Of a stretch of 64,000 nucleotides of DNA, positions 35,610-46,918 are shown piece by piece; position 1 is the stretch's first letter, and every line of letters starts with the position of its first letter. The stretch comes from Rhodoferax sp. (GTDB lineage Bacteria > Pseudomonadota > Gammaproteobacteria > Burkholderiales > Burkholderiaceae_C). A program made the translations under genes and the position numbers. The notes beneath the pieces are model-generated. The model was not told the DNA's origin, searched no databases, and worked only from the letters and a program-made list of their open reading frames with translations. The DNA is taken from contig JBAQDE010000023.1 of NCBI GenBank assembly GCA_049294595.1, positions 11,715 to 75,714 of the forward strand, given 5' to 3'.

Positions 35610-37505
35610 TTATCCCAACGACACCACGCGCAGAACCTCCTGCGCGTACGCCTCCAGTTTCTTCGCCCCAATCCCGCTGATCCCCTGCAGGTCGTCCAGG
35701 GTTTGCGGCGCCCGCTTGGCAATCGCTGCCAGCGTGGCATCGTGAAAGATCACATAGGCAGGCAAGTTGTGCGCCTTGGCCACCTCGGCCCGCCAGGCCT
35801 TTAGCGCGGCGTAGCGCAACAAACCATCTCCATCCAGTGCAATCGGCGCCTTGATCGCAGCCGAACCGGCGCCCGAGCGCTTGGATTTGCGGCTGGCCGG
35901 CGCGGCGGACACCGACTCCCGCAGCCGCACGGGCATCTCGCCCTTGAGCACGGCGCGCGACGCCTCCGTGAGCTGCAAGGTGTTGAACGCCTGCGCATCC
36001 ACCGCTACGGCCCCCATGGCAATCAGCTGGCGCAGCACACCCCGCAGCTGGATTTCGCTGAATTCCGCGCCAATGCCGAAGGTGCTCAGGGACGCGTGGC
36101 CGTACTGCGTGACCTTCTCCGTGGTCTTGCCGCGCAGGATATCCATCACATGGCCGGCGCCAAACGACATGCCGCTGGACTGCTGGATGCGGTAGATGGT
36201 GCTGAGTAGCTTGCGCGCGGCGTCGGTGCCGTCCCAGACCTCGGGCGGGTTCAGGCAGTTGTCGCAGTTCCGGCACTTGTATTGGGGGCCGTCCCCCAAC
36301 TGCTCCCCAAAATAGGCCAGCAGCCGCCCCCGGCGGCAATCGCTGGCTTCGGCCAGGCCCAGCAGGGCGTCGAGCTTGCCGCGCAGGCCCTGCTTGAATT
36401 CCTCGCCAGCCGGGCTCTCGTCAATCATGCGGCGTTGGTTCACCACGTCCTGCAGGCCATAGGCCATCCAGGCGTAGGCCGGCAGGCCGTCGCGCCCGGC
36501 GCGGCCAGTCTCCTGGTAGTAGCCCTCGATGTTCTTGGGCATATCCAGGTGGGCGACAAAGCGCACATCGGGCTTGTCGATGCCCATGCCGAAGGCAATG
36601 GTTGCCACCATGACCACGCCGTCCTCGCGCAGAAAGCGGTCCTGATTCGCCTGGCGCACCCGGCTGTCCAGCCCGGCGTGGTAAGGCAGGGCATAGATGC
36701 CGGCATCCACCAATGTCTGTGCCACGTCCTCCACCCGTTTGCGCGACTGGCAGTAGACGATTCCGGCGTCGCCTTCGTGCTCGCGCTCGATGAAGCGCAG
36801 CAGTTGCTGCACGGCCTCGCGCTTTTCGACGATGGTGTAGCGGATGTTGGGGCGGTCAAAGCTGCTGACAAAGGCGCGGGCGTCCTGCAGTTGCAGCCGT
36901 TCCAGGATGTCGTCGCGGGTCAGCGCGTCGGCCGTGGCGGTCAACGCCATGCGCGGCACGCCCGGAAAGCGCTCGTGCAACACCGTCAGCGCCCGGTATT
37001 CGGGACGGAAGTCGTGGCCCCACTGGCTGACGCAGTGCGCCTCGTCAATCGCAAACAGGCTCAGCTGGTTGCGATCAAACAGCGAATCCAGCAGCGCCAG
37101 AAAGCGCGGATTCGTTACCCGCTCCGGCGCCGCGTACAACAGCGTGATGTCGCCGCGCAGCAGGCGCTGCTCGATCTGGTTAGCCTCCTCACCGCTCAGC
37201 GTGGAGTTCAAAAAGGCGGCGTCCACCCCGGCTTCGTGCAGCGCGCCTACCTGGTCGTGCATCAACGCGATCAGCGGCGAGATGACGATAGCCACGCCCA
37301 TCCCGGCCCGCTGGCGGGCTATCGCCGGGATCTGGTAGCACAGCGACTTGCCGCCGCCGGTGGGCATCAGCACCAGCGCGTCGCCACCGTTGGCCACGTG
37401 CTCGACGATGGCCTGCTGCGGCCCGCGAAACTGCGCGTAGCCAAACACCTCTTCCAGAATGGTGTGGCAAGTCTGGCTGGATAAGGATGAACCGGTTGCT
37501 ATCAA
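35610..37505 (-). CDS. recQ: ATP-dependent DNA helicase RecQ
   Basis: [46 protein letters not shown], a zinc-binding Cys cluster, and a C-terminal HRDC-like domain. There is no ATG between 37574 and the conserved core; TTG 37505 is the proposed start and ATG 37574 the alternative. Confidence 0.85.
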   Translation of the reverse strand: MIATGSSLSSQTCHTILEEVFGYAQFRGPQQAIVEHVANGGDALVLMPTGGGKSLCYQIPAIARQRAGMGVAIVISPLIALMHDQVGALHEAGVDAAFLNSTLSGEEANQIEQRLLRGDITLLYAAPERVTNPRFLALLDSLFDRNQLSLFAIDEAHCVSQWGHDFRPEYRALTVLHERFPGVPRMALTATADALTRDDILERLQLQDARAFVSSFDRPNIRYTIVEKREAVQQLLRFIEREHEGDAGIVYCQSRKRVEDVAQTLVDAGIYALPYHAGLDSRVRQANQDRFLREDGVVMVATIAFGMGIDKPDVRFVAHLDMPKNIEGYYQETGRAGRDGLPAYAWMAYGLQDVVNQRRMIDESPAGEEFKQGLRGKLDALLGLAEASDCRRGRLLAYFGEQLGDGPQYKCRNCDNCLNPPEVWDGTDAARKLLSTIYRIQQSSGMSFGAGHVMDILRGKTTEKVTQYGHASLSTFGIGAEFSEIQLRGVLRQLIAMGAVAVDAQAFNTLQLTEASRAVLKGEMPVRLRESVSAAPASRKSKRSGAGSAAIKAPIALDGDGLLRYAALKAWRAEVAKAHNLPAYVIFHDATLAAIAKRAPQTLDDLQGISGIGAKKLEAYAQEVLRVVSLG

Positions 37506-37546
37506 AATAGTAACTGTTTGCGCAGTGTTGACGAGGGCTGAGTGCC
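37496..37546 (-). repeat. Interspersed bipartite repeat, copy at the recQ 5' end
   Basis: On the + strand: GCTATCAAAATAGTAAC (37498-37514), 13 nt, TGACGAGGGC (37529-37538), TGAGTGCC. Confidence 0.7.
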
Positions 37547-37654
37547 AAAAACACCCATATTGATTTGGCCACAAGGGGTGGCAATGGCCCTATTGTCGGG
37601 CAAGCAGCGTTGCACCCTGCCGACGGGTGACAGCTGGACTGAACTAAAATACGC

Positions 37655-37774
37655 CCATCCCAAGGAGCGCTGCAGCGGCCCGGGCCTGTGCACCACAGGC
37701 CCACATCGGTCGCCAGGCTTGGGTTTGTCAACCGCGCTCACTTGTCTGACTACATACAAGGTGAGCCGCGACCC
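37655..37774 (+). promoter_or_regulatory. SAH (S-adenosylhomocysteine) riboswitch with an SD-sequestering expression platform, copy 1
   Basis: CCCAAGGAGCGCTGCAGCGG...GTCGCCAGGCTTGGG...CAACCGCGCTCAC matches the conserved AGGAGCGCUGC / CAGGCU / AAC-GCGCUCAC blocks of the SAH element. P1 is GAGCGC:GCGCTC (37665-70 : 37734-39). Downstream, GCTCACTTGT (37736-45) pairs with ACAAGGTGAGC (37756-66), which contains the SD. Confidence 0.8.
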
Positions 37775-38821
37775 ATGAAACCCATCCAATACACCCGCGC
37801 CCAGGCCCTGCCCGGCATTCTGGCCAACCGCATTGCCATCCTGGATGGCGCTATGGGCACCATGATCCAGCGCTTCAAGCTGGGCGAGGCGCAGTACAGG
37901 GGGGAGCGCTTCAAGGACTTCCCGCGTGACGTCAAAGGCAACAACGAACTGCTCAGCCTGACCCGCCCGGACGTCATCAGCGACATCCACGAACGTTACC
38001 TGGCCGCCGGTGCCGACCTGATCGAGACCAACACCTTTGGCGCCACCACGGTGGCTCAGGCCGACTACGGCATGGAAGACCTGGCGGTGGAGATGAACCT
38101 GGCTTCGGCACGCCTGGCCCGTGCCGCCTGCGACAAGTTTTCCACCCCCGACAAGCCGCGCTTTGTAGCCGGCGCGGTCGGCCCCACGCCCAAGACCGCC
38201 AGCATCAGCCCCGATGTGAACGACCCCGGTGCGCGCAACGTGACCTTTGAGGAACTGCGCCAGGCGTATTACGAGCAGGTCCATGCGCTGGTCGAGGGCG
38301 GCAGCGACGTGCTGCTGGTGGAAACCATTTTCGACACGCTGAATGCCAAGGCCGCGCTGTTTGCGATTGACGAATATTTCGAAAAGTCGGGCGAGCGTCT
38401 ACCCATCATCATCAGCGGCACGGTAACCGACGCATCCGGGCGCATCCTGTCTGGTCAGACCGTGACCGCCTTCTGGCACAGCGTGCGCCATGCCCAGCCG
38501 TTGGCGATTGGCCTGAACTGCGCGCTGGGTGCGGCACTGATGCGCCCCTATATCCAAGAGCTGAACCGCGTGGCGCCTGACACGTTCATCAGCTGCTACC
38601 CGAATGCCGGCCTGCCCAATCCCATGAGCGACACCGGTTTTGACGAGACACCGGACGTGACCAGCCGCCTGGTGCGCGAGTTTGCGGCCGAGGGGCTGGT
38701 GAATATCGTCGGTGGTTGCTGTGGCACCACGCCGGACCACATTGGCGCCATCAGCCAGGCCGTGGCGCCGGTGGCGGCGCGGTCGTTGCAGCGCAGTTTC
38801 TTCTACAAGGAGGCGGCCTGA
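37775..38821 (+). CDS. metH: Methionine synthase, N-terminal fragment (homocysteine S-methyltransferase domain only)
   Basis: Start trimmed to ATG 37775 ([32 protein letters not shown]). Cys zinc ligands ([15 protein letters not shown]). The protein ends after the Hcy domain. Confidence 0.85.
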   Translation: MKPIQYTRAQALPGILANRIAILDGAMGTMIQRFKLGEAQYRGERFKDFPRDVKGNNELLSLTRPDVISDIHERYLAAGADLIETNTFGATTVAQADYGMEDLAVEMNLASARLARAACDKFSTPDKPRFVAGAVGPTPKTASISPDVNDPGARNVTFEELRQAYYEQVHALVEGGSDVLLVETIFDTLNAKAALFAIDEYFEKSGERLPIIISGTVTDASGRILSGQTVTAFWHSVRHAQPLAIGLNCALGAALMRPYIQELNRVAPDTFISCYPNAGLPNPMSDTGFDETPDVTSRLVREFAAEGLVNIVGGCCGTTPDHIGAISQAVAPVAARSLQRSFFYKEAA

Positions 38822-38842
38822 TCGGTCTGTAAGCAGGCCGCT

Positions 38843-39412
38843 TCAGGCCTTCCCTGGAATAGAGGGAACCAGCAGGCGGTCAATTTCCATCTGCATGGCC
38901 TTGGCCAGCTTGGCGTACAGGCGCAGCTTGCGCGCGTTGTCGCGCAGTCGCTCGGCCAGCCGGGCGGAAATGGCGAGCAGCAGCTTGGAGCCAATCCGCG
39001 GTTCCTCGTTGATCAGCGCCTCAAAGGCGTCACGCGTCAGGATGGCGCACAGCGAATCGATACCCGTCGTGCAGGAGGCGGAGCGCGGTTCCCGATCCAC
39101 CAGCCCGACCTCGCCGACCAGGGCGCCTGGCCCCAGCACGCTGATGGTCAGCGGCTCAGTGCGGCTCACCGTGATGGTTTCCACCACGATTTCACCTTCC
39201 AGCAAGAGCGCCATGAAGCCGTCATCGGCCGCATCGCCCTCGCGGATGAATGTGGTGTCGGCGGGGATGAAACGCGGCGTCATGTAGCCCACGACCACCC
39301 GGGCCTCGTCCAGGGTCAGGTGTATCAGCGCATTGGGTGCGGTTAGCAATTCGGCCGCCGTTTCGAACGCGCGGGCGCGTTGCGTTTCCTGGTGTTTTTC
39401 TTCTGAGCTCAT
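38843..39412 (-). CDS. Stand-alone cyclic-nucleotide-binding domain protein (no HTH seen)
   Basis: Start trimmed to ATG 39412 (MSSEEKHQ...), because the longer ORF would run through riboswitch 2. cNMP-binding core FIREGDAADDGFMALLLEGEI...GPGALVGEVGLVDREPRSAS, followed by a C-terminal helical tail. Confidence 0.75.
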   Translation of the reverse strand: MSSEEKHQETQRARAFETAAELLTAPNALIHLTLDEARVVVGYMTPRFIPADTTFIREGDAADDGFMALLLEGEIVVETITVSRTEPLTISVLGPGALVGEVGLVDREPRSASCTTGIDSLCAILTRDAFEALINEEPRIGSKLLLAISARLAERLRDNARKLRLYAKLAKAMQMEIDRLLVPSIPGKA

Positions 39413-39522
39413 GACCGTTGTGCCCGCTTGGATACCTGCAGAATAGCGCCGCCGCAGGAAAATGAAAGCAATGGTAAACCACGGTACGCAATAGGCCAAC
39501 CGGTTCTCCCTTAAAATCGCGG

Positions 39523-39619
39523 CATCCAAGGAGCGTTGCAGCGGAGTCCCCAGTGGCGCCGTCAGGCTTGGATGTCCCAACGACGCTCACCTGCCCGTGT
39601 TCCTTTACAGGTGAGTTGT
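39523..39619 (+). promoter_or_regulatory. SAH riboswitch with an SD-sequestering expression platform, copy 2
   Basis: ATCCAAGGAGCGTTGCAGCGG...GCCGTCAGGCTTGGAT...CAACGACGCTCAC. P1 is GAGCGT:ACGCTC (39531-36 : 39583-88). CTCACCTG (39586-93) pairs with CAGGTGAG (39608-15), which contains the SD 4 nt before ATG 39620. Confidence 0.8.
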
Positions 39620-42364
<2,745 letters not shown>

Positions 42365-42493
42365 CCGGCGGTTGCCACTTGGGCGCGCGGTTTACTGCTG
42401 CTTACATATTGCCCGTCGGCACACGGGCCAGACTGTGGGCCGCAGGGGTGCTTGCCGCGTTACAGAGGTTCATTCATAAGGAAACCTCTGTCT

Positions 42494-43216
42494 ATGTCGA
42501 ATGCAATGATCTCTTCTGCCGGCACCACCAGCAACCCGTCCAGCCGCTGGCTGTGGGCCGCAGTGGGCGCCCTGGGTGCCACCACGCTGGCCATGGGTGT
42601 GGCGCTGGTGCAGATGCGGACTGCGCCCAGTGCACCAGAATCAGCCAACGTGACCGCCGTGTCAACGGTCGCCACTCCGGCATCGGCCACGCCGGCGCCT
42701 ATGGAACAAAAAGAGCCTGTAGCCCTCGCAAAACCTGATCATGTAGCTACTAAAAATATAGCGACCAAGACGACGGCAGCTCCCCTGCGCTCCTCCCCTG
42801 CGCCCGTCCCCGCACGATCGGCTGAACCTTCTACCGCACCCCCACCGGAGCCGGTGCTGGCGCAGACTCCGCCTGCGCCGCCCAAGGTGGTGTGCGCCCA
42901 GTGCGGCACGGTCGTGGCGGTGACCCCGGTCGAGCGGGACGGCGCACCCAGTGGCGCCGGCGTGGTGGCCGGTGCATTGCTGGGTGGCCTGTTGGGCAAC
43001 CAGGTTGGTGGCGGAACCGGCAAGACCATTGCCACGGTCGCCGGTGCGGTGGGTGGTGGCTACGCCGGCAATACCGTCGAAAAGCGCATGAAGAAAGCGA
43101 CCGTCTACCTGGTGGACGTGCGCATGGACGATGGCTCCGGCCGCCGTGTGGAAAGCTCCAGCCCGGTGTCGGTGGGCGCCAGCGTCACCATCAACGGTGA
43201 CAGGTTGAGCCAGTAA
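42494..43216 (+). CDS. Glycine-zipper 2TM domain protein with a long Ala/Pro/Thr-rich linker
   Basis: ATG 42494. One TM (LWAAVGALGATTLAMGVALV), a low-complexity linker, CAQCG, then the glycine zipper GAGVVAGALLGGLLGNQVGGGTGKTIATVAGAVGGGYAGN. Confidence 0.7.
   Translation: MSNAMISSAGTTSNPSSRWLWAAVGALGATTLAMGVALVQMRTAPSAPESANVTAVSTVATPASATPAPMEQKEPVALAKPDHVATKNIATKTTAAPLRSSPAPVPARSAEPSTAPPPEPVLAQTPPAPPKVVCAQCGTVVAVTPVERDGAPSGAGVVAGALLGGLLGNQVGGGTGKTIATVAGAVGGGYAGNTVEKRMKKATVYLVDVRMDDGSGRRVESSSPVSVGASVTINGDRLSQ
42713..42766 (+). repeat. Interspersed bipartite repeat, copy inside the glycine-zipper CDS (in frame)
   Basis: GCCCTCGCAA (42722-42731), 13 nt, AGCTACTAAAAATATAGCGACC. Translated as ...EPVALAKPDHVATKNIATK.... 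Confidence 0.7.
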
Positions 43217-43334
43217 GCCAACACAGCCCCCCGGGCTGACGCCACCGCCCACCCCGGCTGTGGGTGGGCGCCGCGCTAGGTAATGCCTGTGGCGCGTGCT
43301 ATTATTTTTGCCTTACTCCACAAGGAACAAGCGC

Positions 43335-45098
43335 ATGAATATGGCAGCGAGCGCGCCCAACGCGCCGGAACCTCCGCGCCCGGCGCCGGGTCGTCCCGAG
43401 AAACTGCGCTTGGGTGACGTGCTGGTGCAGCAGCGCCTGATTTCCCAGGAGCAGTTGCAGCAGACGCTGGAGCTGCAGCGCACCACCGGCAAGAAGATGG
43501 GCCGCCTGCTCATCGAGACCGGCATCATCACCGAAGAGCTGCTGGCCAACGGCCTGGCCCGGCAGTTGCGCATTCCGTTTGTAAATCTGAAAACCTTCCC
43601 GTTCCGCGCCGACGTGGTCAAGCTGTTGCCGGAGTCGGCCGCGCGCCGTTTCAAGGCGCTGGTGCTGGAAGACAAGGGCGACACGCTGCTGGTGGCCCTG
43701 GGCGACCCGCTGGACCTGTTTGCCTTTGACGAGCTGACGCGCATCCTCAAGCGCAATATCTCCATTGCCGCCGTCCCCGAGAGCGGCCTGGCGCTGGCCT
43801 TTGACCGACTGTACCGGCGCACCGAGGAAATCAGCGGCCTGGCCCGTGCCCTGGAAAAAGACCTGGGCGACGCGGTGGACTTCGGCGAACTGACCGCCAC
43901 CGTGGGCCTGGAAGGCGCGCCGGTTGTGCGTCTGCTGCAATCCCTGTTTGAAGACGCGATTCAGGTGGGCGCCTCCGACGTGCACATCGAGCCCCAGGAG
44001 GCCGGTCTGCAGGTGCGCGTGCGGGTGGACGGTGTGCTGCAGACCCAGACCCAGGCCGACAAGCGAATTGGCGCTGCGCTGGCCCAGCGCCTGAAACTCA
44101 TGGCGGGGCTGGATATTTCCGAGAAGCGCCTGCCGCAGGACGGTCGTTTCAGCGTGCGCATCAAGGACAACACCATCGATGTACGTTTGTCCACGCTGCC
44201 CACCGTGTATGGCGAGTCGGCGGTGATGCGCTTGCTCAACCAGGGGGCCGGCATGCGCCGCCTGGACAGCATCGGCATGCCCGATGCCATGCTCAAGCGC
44301 TTCCGCGAGGTGCTGGGGCGCAGCGCCGGCATGGTGCTGGTGACCGGGCCAACCGGCTCCGGCAAGACCACCACGCTGTACGCGGCGCTGGCCGAGATCA
44401 ACGCGACCGAACTCAAGGTCATCACGGTGGAAGACCCCATCGAATACCGCCTGGCCGGCCTGACCCAGGTGCAGGTCAATGACAAGATCGACCTGACCTT
44501 TGCCCGCGTGCTGCGCTCCGTGCTGCGCCAGGACCCGGACGTGGTGCTGGTCGGTGAAATGCGAGACGCCGAGACCGCCGAAATCGGCATGCGTGCCGCC
44601 ATCACCGGCCACCTGGTGCTGTCTACCTTGCACACACGCGATGCCATGAGCACGCCGTTCCGGTTGCTGGACATGGGCGTGCCCCCCTTCATGGTGTCCA
44701 CTTCGCTGCAGGCCGTGATTGCCCAGCGTCTGGTCCGGCTCAATTGCAGGGAGTGCGCAGCGCCCCACATGCCCACCCCGCAGGAGCAGTCCTGGCTGGA
44801 CTCCATGCTCAACGCGGGCGACACGGTGTCGCCCAAGCGAGGCATGGGCTGCTCGGCCTGCAACGGCACCGGCTATTCGGGTCGGCAGGGTGTCTACGAG
44901 CTGCTGGAAATGGATGCGGACCTGACCCAGGCCGCATCCCGCTCCGATCCGGCGGGCTTCATGCGAACCGCGCGCGAGCGCATGAAGGGCCAGACCATGG
45001 CCTTTCATGCGCTGGAACTGGTGCGCCAGGGCAGGACCTCCCTGGCGGAGGCCCTGCGCGTGGGCTTTGACCTGGATGAGTCGGGCGAGGACGAATAA
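43335..45098 (+). CDS. mshE: MSHA-type pilus assembly ATPase (GspE/PilB family with an MshEN N-terminal domain)
   Basis: ATG 43335. Walker A GPTGSGKTT, Asp box, Walker B VVLVGEMRD, His box, tetracysteine CRECA...CSACNGTG. The N-terminal tandem 24-residue MshEN-like motifs are described in the findings. Confidence 0.85.
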   Translation: MNMAASAPNAPEPPRPAPGRPEKLRLGDVLVQQRLISQEQLQQTLELQRTTGKKMGRLLIETGIITEELLANGLARQLRIPFVNLKTFPFRADVVKLLPESAARRFKALVLEDKGDTLLVALGDPLDLFAFDELTRILKRNISIAAVPESGLALAFDRLYRRTEEISGLARALEKDLGDAVDFGELTATVGLEGAPVVRLLQSLFEDAIQVGASDVHIEPQEAGLQVRVRVDGVLQTQTQADKRIGAALAQRLKLMAGLDISEKRLPQDGRFSVRIKDNTIDVRLSTLPTVYGESAVMRLLNQGAGMRRLDSIGMPDAMLKRFREVLGRSAGMVLVTGPTGSGKTTTLYAALAEINATELKVITVEDPIEYRLAGLTQVQVNDKIDLTFARVLRSVLRQDPDVVLVGEMRDAETAEIGMRAAITGHLVLSTLHTRDAMSTPFRLLDMGVPPFMVSTSLQAVIAQRLVRLNCRECAAPHMPTPQEQSWLDSMLNAGDTVSPKRGMGCSACNGTGYSGRQGVYELLEMDADLTQAASRSDPAGFMRTARERMKGQTMAFHALELVRQGRTSLAEALRVGFDLDESGEDE

Positions 45099-45104
45099 AC
45101 CGCC

Positions 45105-46343
45105 ATGGCAACTTTTGATTGGCGGGGCCGTAACAACCGGGGCGAGGCGGTCAATGGCCAACTGGAGGCGATGACGGAAAACGGCGTGGCCGACCAGTTG
45201 CGTGCCATTGGCGTGGTTCCGGTGCACATCGCCCCGGCTGCGGTGGTGGTCGAGGAAAAGACCGACGGCCTGTTGGCCCGCCTGAACCGCAAACCCATCG
45301 TGGACGAAGACCTGATGATCTTCTCGCGCCAGATGTACACGTTGAACAAGGCCGGTGTGCCCATTCTGCGGGCGTTTTCTGGCTTGCAGGCATCGGCCTC
45401 CAAGCCGGCCATGGTGGAGCTGCTCAAGGACATCCGTTCCAGCCTGGACCAGGGGCGTGAACTGTCGGCCGCCATGGCACGCCACCAGGACTTGTTTGGT
45501 GGCTTCTACATCGCCATGATCCGTGTGGGCGAAATGACGGGACGCCTGACCGAGGTGTTTCTGCGTTTGAACGAGCACATGGAGTTTGAGCGCGATGTGC
45601 GCGAGCGCATCAAGCAGGCCATGCGCTACCCCATTTTTGTGATGATTGCCATGCTGGTGGCCATCGTTATCCTGAACATCTTTGTGATCCCGGTGTTTGC
45701 CAAGGTGTTCGCCGGGTTCAATGCCGAACTGCCCCTCATCACTCGGGGGCTGCTCGGCTTTTCATCCTGGATGATCAAGTGGTGGCCCATGCTGATCGTG
45801 ATGGGAATCGGCATCTGGGTCGGGGTGCGGTCCTACCTGCGTACCACGGAGGGGCGCTACCGCTGGGACGCCCGCAAGCTCAAGCTGCCCATCATTGGCG
45901 AAATCATTCTCAAGGCCACGCTGGCCCGGTTTGCCCGCAGCTTTGCACTGTCCAGCCAGAGCGGCGTGCCGCTGGTGCAGGCGCTGACGGTAGTGGCACA
46001 GACGGTGGACAACGCCTATATTGGCGCCCGCATCGAGCAGATGCGCGATGGCATTGAACGTGGCGAGAGTATTTCCCGTTGCGCATCAGCCACCGGGGTT
46101 TTCACGCCCGTGGTGCTGCAGATGATCAATGTGGGCGAGGAAACCGGCGAACTGGACAACCTGCTGTTTGAAATTGCAGGCATGTACGAACGCGAGACCG
46201 ACTACAACATCAAGGGGCTGTCCGCCGCCATCGAGCCCATCCTGCTGGCCGTGATTGGTGTGCTGGTGTTGCTGTTGGCGCTGGGTGTGTTCCTGCCACT
46301 GTGGAACATGGGTCAGGCGGCCATGGGTCGGGGCGGCGGCTAG
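45105..46343 (+). CDS. mshG: Type II secretion / type IV pilus platform protein (GspF/PilC family)
   Basis: 412 aa with two GspF repeats and three TM segments, directly downstream of mshE. Confidence 0.85.
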   Translation: MATFDWRGRNNRGEAVNGQLEAMTENGVADQLRAIGVVPVHIAPAAVVVEEKTDGLLARLNRKPIVDEDLMIFSRQMYTLNKAGVPILRAFSGLQASASKPAMVELLKDIRSSLDQGRELSAAMARHQDLFGGFYIAMIRVGEMTGRLTEVFLRLNEHMEFERDVRERIKQAMRYPIFVMIAMLVAIVILNIFVIPVFAKVFAGFNAELPLITRGLLGFSSWMIKWWPMLIVMGIGIWVGVRSYLRTTEGRYRWDARKLKLPIIGEIILKATLARFARSFALSSQSGVPLVQALTVVAQTVDNAYIGARIEQMRDGIERGESISRCASATGVFTPVVLQMINVGEETGELDNLLFEIAGMYERETDYNIKGLSAAIEPILLAVIGVLVLLLALGVFLPLWNMGQAAMGRGGG

Positions 46344-46355
46344 GCCGGGACCGGC

Positions 46356-46868
46356 GTGGAGCGCGAGCGTTTCAATCTGCTGACGGCACTGCTGAAGAGT
46401 CGCCGTGTTGTCGAGTGGAGCATTGTTGCAGCGGTGCTGATCGGCCTGGTCTGGGCGCTGGAGCACCAGGTTCGTGTGGTGCGCATTCAGGGTGAGCGGG
46501 TGGCGGTGCGATCCACGCTGGGTGCGCTGCGTGCTGCTCTGGTGATTGAGTACTTGATGGGGCAGGTGCGGTCCAAGAGCAGAAGTACCTCAGCGGTATT
46601 TGCGCCCCAGAACCCGTTTACTTTATTGCAGGGCGTGCCGCCGAACTATGCCGGCGAACGGGCACAGCGTGACATTTTCTCGGTGCCACCGGGTAGTTGG
46701 GTGTATGACCCGGAGTGCGCCTGTATCGGCTACCGGCTGCTCTATCCTGAAGGGCTGGAACCGGAGCAGGTGGCCGACGCCATCTGGTTGCGGGTGGGCG
46801 CGGCAGCCGGAGAGCCGCGCCTGGTGCCATTGGCAGAGTACCGCTGGCTGGGGCAGCGGCTGAATTGA
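46356..46868 (+). CDS. MshF-like small membrane-anchored pilus biogenesis protein (assignment by position)
   Basis: 170 aa (GTG 46356) with a single N-terminal TM (WSIVAAVLIGLVWAL). It occupies the MshF position after mshE-mshG. Confidence 0.5.
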   Translation: MERERFNLLTALLKSRRVVEWSIVAAVLIGLVWALEHQVRVVRIQGERVAVRSTLGALRAALVIEYLMGQVRSKSRSTSAVFAPQNPFTLLQGVPPNYAGERAQRDIFSVPPGSWVYDPECACIGYRLLYPEGLEPEQVADAIWLRVGAAAGEPRLVPLAEYRWLGQRLN

Positions 46869-46902
46869 TTTAAGGCAAATAAAATCGGAACTAGGTGTGT
46901 TT

Positions 46903-46918
46903 TGTGAACTAATTCACA
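46903..46918. promoter_or_regulatory. Perfect CRP/Vfr-type binding site TGTGA-N6-TCACA upstream of the major pilin gene
   Basis: tttTGTGAactaatTCACAcac. A TAGAAT -10-like hexamer lies at 46962-46967; the ATG of the pilin gene is at 47050. Confidence 0.55.

Noticed and set aside
37575-37774. A cobalamin riboswitch was expected upstream of metH
   Set aside because: No B12-box-like sequence was seen. The conserved blocks match the SAH element instead. B12 riboswitches normally control metE or btuB, not metH.
37688-37774. N-terminal 29 codons of ORF 37688..38821, and ORF 39536..39619 ahead of the second metH fragment
   Set aside because: Both stretches coincide with the riboswitch aptamers and expression platforms. 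The conserved MetH sequence starts at the internal ATGs, which have SDs.
39413-39580. 56-codon N-terminal extension of the cNMP-binding ORF
   Set aside because: It would overlap riboswitch 2 on the opposite strand and has odd composition. ATG 39412 gives a compact cNMP-binding protein.
43246-43270. GC-rich hairpin CGCCCACC-N9-GGTGGGCG after the glycine-zipper gene, as a terminator
   Set aside because: No U tract follows. It may still be a stability element, but the evidence is too thin to list it as a terminator.
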